From a virus, in the IMG/VR virus record IMGVR_UViG_3300021963_005763, positions 39,954 to 103,953 of that record: a stretch of DNA of 64,000 nt, one strand, 5' to 3'. Shown one piece after another: positions 47,740 to 57,988 of the stretch (positions are counted from its first letter, which is position 1; every line of letters begins with the position of its first letter). Under the pieces are notes generated by a model that made no database searches, had not been told where the DNA came from, and saw only the letters and a list, made by a program, of their open reading frames with translations. The translations under genes and the position numbers were made by a program.

Positions 47740-48498
47740 ATGAATGAAAATGACCAAGAGCGCCAAAAAGTCATAGATTACTGCCAAACAATGTTGGGTG
47801 GTTCTATGATAGATGTTGAATTAGATCCTAAAGACTATAATGTTGCCATAGATAGAGCTTTGGCTAAATTTAGACAAAGAAGCAGCAACGCTACCGAAGA
47901 AAGTTTTGCCTTTTTAACTGTTATAGTTGATCAAAATGAATATACATTGCCTGGTGAAATAGAAAATGTAAGGCAAATATTTCGTAGAAGCATAGGGTCC
48001 AGATCAGGTGGAGGTCAGGGTGGTACTCTTTTCGAACCATTTAATCTAGCATATTCTAATACCTACCTACTTGCTGCTACCAACATGGGCGGTCTAGCCA
48101 CTTATTATGCTTTTGCCAGCTATCAAAAACAGGTAGGTAAAATGTTTGGTAGTGAAATTAATTTTACATTCAATCGCACTTCTAAAAAATTAACCCTAAT
48201 GCAAAGACCTAGAAGTGAAGAAGAAGTTTTGTTATGGGTTTATAATTACCGTCCTGATTTTAATCTATTACAGGATAATTTTGCCAAACAATGGTTGAGA
48301 GATTATAGTCTAGCAACTTGTAAAATCATGTTAGGTGAAGCTCGTGAAAAATTCGCACAAATAGCCAGTCCACAAGGGGGAACCAGTCTAAATGGAACTG
48401 CCCTAAAGGGTGAAGGCAAGGCGGATATGGAAGTTTTGGAACAAGATCTGATCAATTATAAGGACGGCGGCACACCACTTACATTTGTCATTGGATAA
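47740..48498 (+). CDS. gp13: Neck protein, gp13-like
   Basis: YC..MLG...IDVEL, WLRDYSLA..K..LG..R.KF...PQGG..LNG motifs; start moved to ATG 47740. Confidence 0.75.
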   Translation: MNENDQERQKVIDYCQTMLGGSMIDVELDPKDYNVAIDRALAKFRQRSSNATEESFAFLTVIVDQNEYTLPGEIENVRQIFRRSIGSRSGGGQGGTLFEPFNLAYSNTYLLAATNMGGLATYYAFASYQKQVGKMFGSEINFTFNRTSKKLTLMQRPRSEEEVLLWVYNYRPDFNLLQDNFAKQWLRDYSLATCKIMLGEAREKFAQIASPQGGTSLNGTALKGEGKADMEVLEQDLINYKDGGTPLTFVIG

Positions 48499-48510
48499 TC
48501 AGAGGAAATT

Positions 48511-51510
48511 ATGCCATCATTAGATCTAGGCAGCGGCCAATTTGACGCAAATTTATCAATAAATATGATTCCCTTATTTGGGGTAACTAACTCAGCTACA
48601 GCAATAAACGAAGGTAGTTCTCTACTTGTAACAATTACTTCAGAACTGGTACCTGATTCTACGACGCTTTATTGGAGCGTAAGTAGACCAGAAGATTTTT
48701 CAACAGGATCTGGATCTGTAGTGGTAATTGGTAACACTGCCAGTTTTACGCTGACTGCTACTAATGATTTTACCACAGAAGGTGATGAAGTTGTATATGT
48801 CTATATTAGAACAGGCAGTCAATTAGGACCTATTGTTGCTCAATCTCAATTTTTATTGTACGACACCAGTCTAAATCCAACTTATTCAGTTACCAGTTCC
48901 GTTGATTCTATTAATGAAGGTGAAAATGTTTCCTTTACTGTGACAACAACAAATGTACCAAACGGAACCACACTATATTGGACCAATGATGGTACATCGA
49001 CTTCTAGTGATTTTACAGGGTCTCCTGCGCAAAGTGGTAGTTTGGTTATCAACTCAGGGACTGCCAGTTACGGCACCACAGTGGCTATAAATGACGTCAC
49101 CACTGAAGGTGCTGAAACTATAATCTTTAACCTTCGTACAGGTAGCACATCTGGTACTATTGTAGCCAGCAAGACAGTGATTCTTCGTGATACCAGTCAA
49201 GCACCTAGCTACAACATCACTCCATCTGTAACTTCTTTCAATGAATCTGGATCAGTGACCTTTACTGTGGCTACAACAGGTATTGCTAACGGCACAGTTC
49301 TATATTGGACAGCCGCAGGATCAATAAGCGGGACAAATGGAGTTGATGTCAATGTAACAAGTGGATCTGTTACAATTAATAGCAATTTAGCTACATTTGT
49401 TATAAGTGCTGTAGCAGATCTTACCACAGAGGGCAACGAGGTTTTCAATGTAACGCTGAGAAGTGGTAGTACCAGTGGACCAACACTGGCCATAAGTGAT
49501 ACAGTAACCCTATTAGATAGCAGTCTGTCTCCTACATATAGCATAGGTATTCAAGGTGGAAATTACAGTAGAAATGAAGGTACTGATTTTACGCTAGAAA
49601 TAAACACTACTGGTGTTGCCAACGGAACACAGTTATATGTTACGTTTTCTGGCACAATAGTGGCAGATGATATCGTTGGGGGACTAGATAGATTCCTTAC
49701 AATAAATTCTAATTATAGTAACCAATTAGTGAGTATCGTAGGTGATTTAACTACTGAAGGATCAGAAACATTTGTCATGCAGGTTAGAACAGGTAGCACT
49801 GTTGGTCCTATCGTAGCTACATCACCTCTTGTTACGATTAACGATACCAGTCTAAGTATCAGTGTAAATTGGGCTAATTTAAGCGTTAACGAAAATGCCA
49901 ATATGGCAGGAACAGTGACAACTACAGGTCTAGCCAATGGTACTACTCTTTATTGGACTATAAATCATATTACAACAAATGCATCTGATTTTATTGCTGA
50001 GACGGGCTCATTTACTATCAATAGTAACCAAGGTACTGTTAATATTTTCCATTTGGCAGACTTTACCACTGAGGGTAATGAAACATACACAGTCAGTATA
50101 CGAACAAACAGTGTTACAGGTCCAGTCAAGTATACCAGTCCTACGCTCACTATTGTGGATAGCAGTAAAACTCAATCAGTATCTATTACACCCAGTACTA
50201 CTACTCCAACTGAAGGTACTACGGTTACTTTTAACGTCACAGGTACCAATATAGATGATAACACTACTTTATATTGGAGTAATATAGGTACAACTACTTC
50301 GGCTGATTTTACACAGGCCAATAATGATGGATCTTTTCTTTATTTTAACCCAAATATTGTAGGCGTATCACGTACCTTGGTAAACGACCTAACCACTGAG
50401 GGCCTAGAAACTATCATCATCAGGGTATGGAGAGGTGGAGTAGGTTTCTTTTTATTAGGACAAGCTGTTCAAGTTAATGTAAGTGACACTAGCCAAACTC
50501 CTGCCATTACTGTACAGTGGCTGGGTGGTGCAGGGGGTGGTGGTGGAGGTGGTTCAGGATGTGGAGGTGGAGGTGGTGGTGGTGAATTCTATGTAAGTAG
50601 CTTTAGTGCTCAAGTAGGTTCAAACTATAATATAACAGTAGGTTCTGGTGGTCAAGGTGGAGGCATTCCAGCCGGCGGCGACGTAGGTGGTGCACAAGCC
50701 ATAGGGCAAAACGGACAAAATACTCAAATAGCAGGCCTAGCACTTTTCGGTGGAGGCGGAGGCGGTTCAGGATACACAACTTATAGGCCCACCGCCAGTG
50801 CAGCAAGACAAGTTGGTAGAAGCACTTTATGGGGCAGAGATGGTAATGGTGCTCCTGCCTACACCGGCGGTGGAGGTGGTGGTATGAGTCCTGCTGTGTT
50901 CAGTAAAGGCGGCGTAGGGCAGGCACCACTCGGTCTTTTCGGTGGCTTTGGAAGAGGAATACCTAGTTTTGTTAATAGAATGGGAGGAGGAGGTGCGGGC
51001 GTATTAGGCAACGGACAATCCGGGGTAAATCCTGCTCCTTATATATCTACTCTATTAAGGGGAGGTAATGGAGGGGGTGGAAGAACAGTTAGTAGTATAT
51101 ACGCACCCGCTAGCAACCCAATAGAAGGTGGAGGTGGTGGAGGTGGTGGAACTTTTGCTGTTCCCTTATATTCTAATAGAGCAGGAACAGGTGGTACAGG
51201 CTTGGCTCAAGGAGGAACAGGAGCCGGGCCTGGAATAGGAAATGGAGGCAATGCCCAATTCTCTGTATCTACAGGAGGTGGGGGTAGCGGAGGCGATGGA
51301 CCAAGCTCACCATTCCCAAGTAATCCTGCATGGCTAACTGCGGGTGGAGCAGGCAGCGCAGGAACAGTTATCATTAAATATCCGAGCTCAGCAAACACTG
51401 TTCAATTTACAGGCCTAAGCGTGTTTGGTCAAAACCCTGACACAACATCTAGCCCTGGTTTTAAAATTCATAGAATTGCTCCTGGTTCTGGTACAATTAG
51501 ATTTCCATAA
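48511..51510 (+). CDS. Ig-like/Calx-beta-like repeat protein with Gly-rich C-terminal domain
   Basis: Six ~110-aa repeats (EG...TTLYW...D.TTEG.E) then a GGGGG-rich domain ending GTVIIKYP. Confidence 0.65.
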   Translation: MPSLDLGSGQFDANLSINMIPLFGVTNSATAINEGSSLLVTITSELVPDSTTLYWSVSRPEDFSTGSGSVVVIGNTASFTLTATNDFTTEGDEVVYVYIRTGSQLGPIVAQSQFLLYDTSLNPTYSVTSSVDSINEGENVSFTVTTTNVPNGTTLYWTNDGTSTSSDFTGSPAQSGSLVINSGTASYGTTVAINDVTTEGAETIIFNLRTGSTSGTIVASKTVILRDTSQAPSYNITPSVTSFNESGSVTFTVATTGIANGTVLYWTAAGSISGTNGVDVNVTSGSVTINSNLATFVISAVADLTTEGNEVFNVTLRSGSTSGPTLAISDTVTLLDSSLSPTYSIGIQGGNYSRNEGTDFTLEINTTGVANGTQLYVTFSGTIVADDIVGGLDRFLTINSNYSNQLVSIVGDLTTEGSETFVMQVRTGSTVGPIVATSPLVTINDTSLSISVNWANLSVNENANMAGTVTTTGLANGTTLYWTINHITTNASDFIAETGSFTINSNQGTVNIFHLADFTTEGNETYTVSIRTNSVTGPVKYTSPTLTIVDSSKTQSVSITPSTTTPTEGTTVTFNVTGTNIDDNTTLYWSNIGTTTSADFTQANNDGSFLYFNPNIVGVSRTLVNDLTTEGLETIIIRVWRGGVGFFLLGQAVQVNVSDTSQTPAITVQWLGGAGGGGGGGSGCGGGGGGGEFYVSSFSAQVGSNYNITVGSGGQGGGIPAGGDVGGAQAIGQNGQNTQIAGLALFGGGGGGSGYTTYRPTASAARQVGRSTLWGRDGNGAPAYTGGGGGGMSPAVFSKGGVGQAPLGLFGGFGRGIPSFVNRMGGGGAGVLGNGQSGVNPAPYISTLLRGGNGGGGRTVSSIYAPASNPIEGGGGGGGGTFAVPLYSNRAGTGGTGLAQGGTGAGPGIGNGGNAQFSVSTGGGGSGGDGPSSPFPSNPAWLTAGGAGSAGTVIIKYPSSANTVQFTGLSVFGQNPDTTSSPGFKIHRIAPGSGTIRFP

Positions 51511-51513
51511 TCT

Positions 51514-51541
51514 TTGTTTTTCACTCATAATATGCTAAAAT
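51514..51541 (+). promoter_or_regulatory. Possible sigma70 extended -10 promoter for the dNMP kinase
   Basis: TTGTTT-16 nt-TAAAAT with TG extension. Confidence 0.4.
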
Positions 51542-51565
51542 AATTTTATATTGTAGGATATTATT

Positions 51566-52225
51566 ATGATTATAGGGTTTGTAGGATTTATAGGCTCTGG
51601 AAAAGATACTGCTGCTGATTATCTCGTAAATTTCCATGGATTTCGTAGAGATAGTTTTGCTAGTTCACTAAAGGACGCAATAAGTGTTATATTCAGTTGG
51701 GATAGAACACTTATGGAAGGACGCACTAAAGAAAGTCGAGAATGGCGTGAACGGGTCGATACCTGGTGGGCAGACCGTCTTAATATTCCAAATCTAACTC
51801 CTAGATGGATCATGCAATATTGGGGTACAGAAGTTTGCCGTCACGGATTTCACGATGATATTTGGATAGCCAGTGTAGAAAATCGCATGCGAAAAACTAC
51901 TGACAACATTGTTATCAGTGATGTGAGATTTCCTAATGAAATAATGGCCATTCATAAAGCAGGTGGAAAGGTTGTTCGAATCAAAAGAGGATCCGATCCT
52001 GAATGGTATCAGGATGCTGTAAACGTTAATTCTGGCCCGTCTAATATGACTTGGGCAATAAGTAAATCTAGACTAGAAGAACTTAAGATTCATGCCAGTG
52101 AAACCAGTTGGGTAGGTGGAGATATTGATTATACTATAGATAATGATTCTACAATAGATGATATGTTTTCACAATTAGAAGAATTAGTCATAGGTCAGGT
52201 GCAATACTGCTCTTCCGCCATTTAA
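51566..52225 (+). CDS. gp1: Deoxynucleoside monophosphate kinase
   Basis: IIGFVGFIGSGKDT P-loop, TPRWIMQYWGTE, ISDVRFPNE, HASE. Confidence 0.88.
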   Translation: MIIGFVGFIGSGKDTAADYLVNFHGFRRDSFASSLKDAISVIFSWDRTLMEGRTKESREWRERVDTWWADRLNIPNLTPRWIMQYWGTEVCRHGFHDDIWIASVENRMRKTTDNIVISDVRFPNEIMAIHKAGGKVVRIKRGSDPEWYQDAVNVNSGPSNMTWAISKSRLEELKIHASETSWVGGDIDYTIDNDSTIDDMFSQLEELVIGQVQYCSSAI

Positions 52226-52526
52226 CATGTTCCTTATCTAGTACCGATTCGCAATTAGCACAAATTGTTTTAAGATTAGGAAATCTACAATTCTGAAGGT
52301 TTCCGTCAATATGATATACCCTAAAGGGTTCTGAATATTTGCTATTAAACCCGCACCTATCGCATATAGTCTTTTTCCTATATCCCGCCCTATACCATAG
52401 GGGAATACCATTAGCCCTATTTTTAGAACAATGATCACATAGCGTTCTAAAATAGGTCTTACCTTCTTTGTGATAATTAATAGCCACAGGTCTCTGTTGG
52501 CATTTTTTACAGAGTTTTCTATTCAT
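52188..52526 (-). CDS. Zn-finger / HNH-like protein
   Basis: Four CxxC pairs; VYHIDGNLQNCRFPNLKTICANC. Confidence 0.7.
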   Translation of the reverse strand: MNRKLCKKCQQRPVAINYHKEGKTYFRTLCDHCSKNRANGIPLWYRAGYRKKTICDRCGFNSKYSEPFRVYHIDGNLQNCRFPNLKTICANCESVLDKEHVKWRKSSIAPDL

Positions 52527-52622
52527 ACGCCCTTTTCAGCGCCCTTTTAGGGGTATTTAGCCTGGATTTTTTTTAATCAATGTCATAAATATATCAAAGT
52601 AATCCATTTAGGAGATTGAATA

Positions 52623-55592
52623 ATGGCAACATTAAATTCACCAGGTGTAGCAGTAACAGTAATTGACGAAAGTTTTTATACACCTGCCGCTACAGGAACC
52701 ACACCTATGATTTTTGTGGTAACCGCTCAGGATAAAACCAATCCTAGTGGTACAACTGCCGCTGGCACCACCAAGGCCAATGCGGGTAAAGTATGGTTAA
52801 TTAGCAGCCAAAGAGATCTAACAGATACTTTTGGTACACCATTATTTTATACAGATAGCAGTGGAAATCCCCTACATGGTAATGAATTAAACGAATATGG
52901 TCTACAAGCAGCATACAGTTCTCTAGGTGTAAGCTCTCGTTCTTATGTTGTAAGAGCAGACGTTAATCTAACAGAACTGGCTCCTAGTTCAAGTGTACCA
53001 GTAGGCGATCCAATTTCTGGCACATATTGGGTAGACACAGCTTCTAGTCTATTTGGTATTAAAGAATGGAATGCATCTACACAGAAATTTACTGTAAAGA
53101 CCCCTATCGTATTAGATGACAGTTCAGATGCTGCTAGTTTTTCCGGAGTTGCTCCTGCCATCAGTGTTGGATCTATCGGTGATTACTGTATGGTGGTAAC
53201 AAATGACAATGCCAACAGATTATATTATAAGACAACCAGTAACGTTTGGACATCAGTTGTAAACACTTTTGACAACGGTAAAAATTTGAAAATCGGTGCT
53301 CATTATGATTATCCTGTATACAATGGAAGTACAGCTACAGGTAGTATATGGGTAACTTCAACAACACCTAGCAATGGCGCCAATTGGAGTGTGAAATATT
53401 ACAGTGGCTCAACAGAAACATGGAGTTCTGTGTCAGCACCTATCTACACAGATATGGTGTCAGCTATCTATAGTTTAGATTCAGTAGGTGGTGGTAAAAA
53501 TATTGCTGTAGGTTCTGTGTTTATTGACAGCAACTATGATGAAATTGCCAATGAAGTTGCTAATTTCAAACTATGGAGACGTAATTCTACAGGTAACACT
53601 GTATTGAGCTCTAGCGCAGTTTCTACCACAGCCACAAACGGAACGACATATACCTTTCAAATCGCTGAATCACGTTCAGGTCAGGGAACCTATGCTTCTG
53701 CTGTAACAATTAATTTAACAGCTACAAATGTATCAACTGTGTTAGGTTCTTTACTACCAGCCGCTATAAGTGCTGTTGGTTCAGGTTTAACCAAGACCAC
53801 AGCATCATTCAATACAAACACTGGTGTCACAACCCTTACACATTCAGAAGGTGGTGTAATTAAAATTACAGCGATGAGCTCAACTGTACAAACTCTATTA
53901 GGATTAACAGCCTATGATATGAGTACATTATCAGGTACAGCTAATTTTTATACAAGAACAAGCTCAACAACTACTGACTTTTTAGTAACAAATTGGAAGC
54001 CTTTGGTATATGAAGCTCGTGCTAATGCTCCTACAACCGATCCAGTAGATGGTACATTATGGTATAGTAATGCCTTTGATCAAGTTGATCTAATGGTTAA
54101 TACAGGCACAGCTTGGGCAGCATATATTCACGTGTATCCAAACACAGATCCTAATGGTCCGATTATCCAAGCCACTGAACCTACTACACAAAGTGATGGT
54201 AGTCAGCTAGAAGCCAACGATGTTTGGATTGATACCAGTGATCTAGAACAATATGGCAAGAATATCTATGTTTATGATCCGACCGTGTCTGGCAGCAATT
54301 GGGTACTACAAGATACCACAGACCAGTCAAGCCCAGATGGATGGGTATTTGCTGATGCTCGTTGGTCAACTTCAGGTGAAACAGAGACAGCCAGCACAAT
54401 GAGTGCGCTACGTGTCAGTGATTATGTAGATCCTGATGCTCCAAATCCTGCGCTATATCCTAAATATATAAAATTATGGAACACACGTAGATCCGGATTT
54501 AATGTTAAAAAATACATTGTAGGACATATAGATATTCTAGCAAATAACGGACTAAACACTCGTTATCAAAATCAGTCAATGACAAATTATGCCGCTAACC
54601 GCTGGGTAAGTCAGTATCCAACAGCAGCAGATGGAAGTGGTGTGTTTGGTAGAAAGAGTCAAAGACAAATTATTACCAAAGCTATTAAAACCATGGTAGA
54701 TACTAATGTTGCTATTAGAGATACAGACACATTGAACTTCAATTTAATAGCATCTCCTAGCTATCCAGAATTAATTCCAAACATGGTTAATTTTAATACA
54801 GATAGAGGAACTACAGCATTTGTAGTAGGTGATACACCATTTAGACTACAGCCAACTAGCACAGGATTAACTTCCTATGGCCTAAATAGCAACGGGGCAG
54901 TAGAAACAGGTGAAGATGGTGCGGTTACATACAACGAATACATGGCCATGTTCTATCCAAGTGGTTACACTACTGATAACACAGGCAATAAGATTGTAGT
55001 CCCTGCTAGTCATATGATGTTACGTACTATGATTAATAGCGACGCTAAGAGTTATCTATGGTTTGCACCAGCTGGAACACGTAGAGGCACCATTGATAAT
55101 GTATCATCAATAGGTTATATAGACGCTGAAGGCGAATTTAAGACAACCACAGTACCACAAAGTCTTAGAGATGCATTAGATGACGTGAAAATTAATCCTA
55201 TAAGCAATTTAACAGGTGTAGGTTTAGTTAATTTTGGTCAAAGAACAAGAGCAGCATCAGCGAGTGCTCTAGACAGAATCAATGTTGCAAGACTGGTTGC
55301 TTATCTACGTAGACAATTAGATGTTCTTTCAAGACCATTCTTATTTGAACCAAATGATGCTCAGACACGTAGAGAAATTAAAGCAGCAGCAGAAAGTCTA
55401 CTGTTAGAATTAGTAGGTCAAAGAGCACTTTATGATTTTATTGTAGTCTGCGATGAAACAAATAATACCGCAGCTAGAATTGATCGTAATGAGCTTTACA
55501 TGGATATTGCTGTTGAACCTGTTAAGGCTGTTGAGTATATCTATATACCTTTAAGAATTAAAAACAAAGGTGATATAGCAGCAGGATTATAA
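52623..55592 (+). CDS. gp18: Tail sheath protein with large insertion domains
   Basis: SPGVAVTVIDES N-terminus; WFAPAGTRRG, INPI, DRINVARL, FEPND..TR, VCDETNNT, P.KAVEYIYI; TAAATA 52586 and AGGAG SD. Confidence 0.93.
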   Translation: MATLNSPGVAVTVIDESFYTPAATGTTPMIFVVTAQDKTNPSGTTAAGTTKANAGKVWLISSQRDLTDTFGTPLFYTDSSGNPLHGNELNEYGLQAAYSSLGVSSRSYVVRADVNLTELAPSSSVPVGDPISGTYWVDTASSLFGIKEWNASTQKFTVKTPIVLDDSSDAASFSGVAPAISVGSIGDYCMVVTNDNANRLYYKTTSNVWTSVVNTFDNGKNLKIGAHYDYPVYNGSTATGSIWVTSTTPSNGANWSVKYYSGSTETWSSVSAPIYTDMVSAIYSLDSVGGGKNIAVGSVFIDSNYDEIANEVANFKLWRRNSTGNTVLSSSAVSTTATNGTTYTFQIAESRSGQGTYASAVTINLTATNVSTVLGSLLPAAISAVGSGLTKTTASFNTNTGVTTLTHSEGGVIKITAMSSTVQTLLGLTAYDMSTLSGTANFYTRTSSTTTDFLVTNWKPLVYEARANAPTTDPVDGTLWYSNAFDQVDLMVNTGTAWAAYIHVYPNTDPNGPIIQATEPTTQSDGSQLEANDVWIDTSDLEQYGKNIYVYDPTVSGSNWVLQDTTDQSSPDGWVFADARWSTSGETETASTMSALRVSDYVDPDAPNPALYPKYIKLWNTRRSGFNVKKYIVGHIDILANNGLNTRYQNQSMTNYAANRWVSQYPTAADGSGVFGRKSQRQIITKAIKTMVDTNVAIRDTDTLNFNLIASPSYPELIPNMVNFNTDRGTTAFVVGDTPFRLQPTSTGLTSYGLNSNGAVETGEDGAVTYNEYMAMFYPSGYTTDNTGNKIVVPASHMMLRTMINSDAKSYLWFAPAGTRRGTIDNVSSIGYIDAEGEFKTTTVPQSLRDALDDVKINPISNLTGVGLVNFGQRTRAASASALDRINVARLVAYLRRQLDVLSRPFLFEPNDAQTRREIKAAAESLLLELVGQRALYDFIVVCDETNNTAARIDRNELYMDIAVEPVKAVEYIYIPLRIKNKGDIAAGL

Positions 55593-55613
55593 TTTAAGAA
55601 TAAGGAGCATTAA

Positions 55614-56264
55614 ATGCCAATCGCAAGTTTAAGAAATTTCACAGTTCCTATCGCAGGAGCACAGGCAAGCCCTACACAGGGCCTATTGATGCCAAAATTA
55701 AAATATCGCTTTCGCGTTACTTTAGACGGCTTTGGTGTTGCAGGCGCTCCTACTACAGAACTAACAAAACAGGTAATGAATGCTACTAGACCTGATGTGA
55801 CTTTTGAAACTGTAGTATTACCTGTATATAACAGTCAGGTTAAAATCTTAGGCAAACACAGTTTTGCTGACGCTAAATTAACACTACGAGACGACGCAAG
55901 TGGAGTAGTCAGTCGTAAAATAGGTGAGCAATTACAGAAACAGTTTGATTTCTTTGAACAAGCAGGTGCTCAAAGTGCTATAGATTATAAATTTAGAATG
56001 CGAGTAGAAATTCTAGATGGCGGTAATGGTGGATATGAGCCAGTTACTTTAGAAAGTTTTGAATTTTTAGGATGTTTTGTAAAACAAGCTACTTATCAAG
56101 GTGGTGATTATAATAGCAATGAGGTAATGGACATTGCTCTAACAATAACTTATGACAACGCAATTCAACTCGAAGCACCAGGGGGAGCAGCCAGTGGACT
56201 AGGTGTAAATGTAGGTCGAGTGGTTCGCCCTGCCAACGCACAAGGTTTATCTACCGGCGGTTAA
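55614..56264 (+). CDS. gp19: Tail tube protein
   Basis: PKLKYRFRV...LTITYDNA; directly after the sheath gene. Confidence 0.8.
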   Translation: MPIASLRNFTVPIAGAQASPTQGLLMPKLKYRFRVTLDGFGVAGAPTTELTKQVMNATRPDVTFETVVLPVYNSQVKILGKHSFADAKLTLRDDASGVVSRKIGEQLQKQFDFFEQAGAQSAIDYKFRMRVEILDGGNGGYEPVTLESFEFLGCFVKQATYQGGDYNSNEVMDIALTITYDNAIQLEAPGGAASGLGVNVGRVVRPANAQGLSTGG

Positions 56265-56290
56265 TAATTACAACTTTATTAATCCAAAAC

Positions 56291-56315
56291 AAGCCCGACA
56301 AAATCGGGCTTTTTT
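56291..56315 (+). terminator. Rho-independent terminator
   Basis: AAGCCCGA-caaaa-TCGGGCTT followed by T run. Confidence 0.85.
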
Positions 56316-56333
56316 GTTCTTATAAATATATAC

Positions 56334-57617
56334 ATGAGTAAAACCAATAATTATATAGGAGTAGGTAATAAGGCCACGGGACTTGTAGACGGTTCGGGAA
56401 CTCCTGGGGTAGCCAGATTACAAGATTATCGTCATGCTGGTAGATTGTATGTTGACGATTATCAAATTAGAGCTCCTAAATATGGTTTCTTATATTATGT
56501 AAATTTTATTATCAATCAAAATGCTGTAATTGATAAATTAGATCGTAATATAGGAGTTTATGTAAAACGTATAGACCTTCCTAAATTTTCTCTAAAGACT
56601 GAAACACTTAATCAATATAATAGAAAAACCACAGTTACTACCGGTTTGACCTATAGTCCTGTACAAGTAGAATTTCATGACGATAATGCTGGTATAACAA
56701 ATGAGCTATGGGCTAGTTACTACAAACACACTGTGGCTGATAGTAATTATGATATTGAAAATAGTGATGTACCTAGACAATTTAAAGATACCAAATTTGG
56801 CTCTATAGACTATGAATATGGTATGTATAATAGGGGAGTGTCAGATCAATTTTTCGAAAGAATTGATGTCTACATGCTACATCATACACTTCATGAATTT
56901 ACTAAAATTAGTCTTATAAATCCCAGGATCACAGAATGGCGTCATGACAGTCTAAATCAAAGTGAAGGTACAAAATTACTAACTAACATGATGACTATTG
57001 CCTACGAAAATGTTTTATACAGTAAAGGCGCTCATAACGGTAATCTTAATAGATTGCCCGGATTTATCAATGAGTTTTATGATCCTAGTCAAAGTCCTCT
57101 TACTATAGGCGGCAATCCTCAAAATGAACCTGTGTTAAATGATTCAGCTCCGCTGCGTCCAGGAAATGCTGTTATTTTTGATAAGCCTCAAACTGCTATT
57201 CAAAATAATCCATTATTTGACAAGGCAGGTAAGGCTAGAGCTTATAATAATCCAGTTAAGAAAATCACCACTTTTGATAGAGCAGCAGGGCCTAGACAAT
57301 ACGGGTTGGTCAATAGTCCATATAGCCCGCAGAATCAACTTTTGGATATCGCTGCTATTCTTGCCAAAGATTATATTAATAAAAATGGATTAGGAAGAGT
57401 TGGACCTAGAGGTTATAACATCGCCAGTAGTGCCTTAAATTATTCAACGAGAGCACCAGCAGGCAAATATTATGAACCACCAAGTAATCAATATAATCCA
57501 GGTGTTTTGAACCTACCAGGTGGAATAGGCGTAAATGTTTTTAAGGGACTTAATACAGGAGTAGATGGCAAATTACGTGTTAACCCTGCGGCTGTTATCT
57601 TTCCACCTAAGAGATAA
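56334..57617 (+). CDS. Tube-fold baseplate/tail tube initiator-like protein
   Basis: VKRIDLPKF...NQYNRK...Y.PV.VEFHDD...MTIAYE; TATAAATA at 56321-56328. Confidence 0.6.
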   Translation: MSKTNNYIGVGNKATGLVDGSGTPGVARLQDYRHAGRLYVDDYQIRAPKYGFLYYVNFIINQNAVIDKLDRNIGVYVKRIDLPKFSLKTETLNQYNRKTTVTTGLTYSPVQVEFHDDNAGITNELWASYYKHTVADSNYDIENSDVPRQFKDTKFGSIDYEYGMYNRGVSDQFFERIDVYMLHHTLHEFTKISLINPRITEWRHDSLNQSEGTKLLTNMMTIAYENVLYSKGAHNGNLNRLPGFINEFYDPSQSPLTIGGNPQNEPVLNDSAPLRPGNAVIFDKPQTAIQNNPLFDKAGKARAYNNPVKKITTFDRAAGPRQYGLVNSPYSPQNQLLDIAAILAKDYINKNGLGRVGPRGYNIASSALNYSTRAPAGKYYEPPSNQYNPGVLNLPGGIGVNVFKGLNTGVDGKLRVNPAAVIFPPKR

Positions 57618-57619
57618 TA

Positions 57620-57988
57620 ATGAGATCAAATTATACAAATTTACCTAGTAAGGCAGACAAAAATGCCACTGTCAAAGCCTTTGAAGGTTATCAAAATCTT
57701 CCAATTGGTATAGATCCTACAGTGTTTGCGGCAGTATCAGGATTTTTCACTACTCGTGGGTTTAGTGAAGTAGCTGGCGAATTATTGGCAGAAACAATCA
57801 TTGTACAGGCTAGAACAGACGGATATAATCCCATGCAAATATTAGATACACTACGAGGATTAACAGATGTTGATCTTTCGGGATTGGTTGCTGAAGTTCT
57901 TAACTATAATAGATATAAATCTAGTAGTCTAGGATATGCGGCTAAGACTATGACTCATCCCGAAATAGAGAGAAATCTTGTTGTATGA
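57620..57988 (+). CDS. Hypothetical protein
   Basis: 122-aa ORF in the late operon. Confidence 0.55.
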   Translation: MRSNYTNLPSKADKNATVKAFEGYQNLPIGIDPTVFAAVSGFFTTRGFSEVAGELLAETIIVQARTDGYNPMQILDTLRGLTDVDLSGLVAEVLNYNRYKSSSLGYAAKTMTHPEIERNLVV

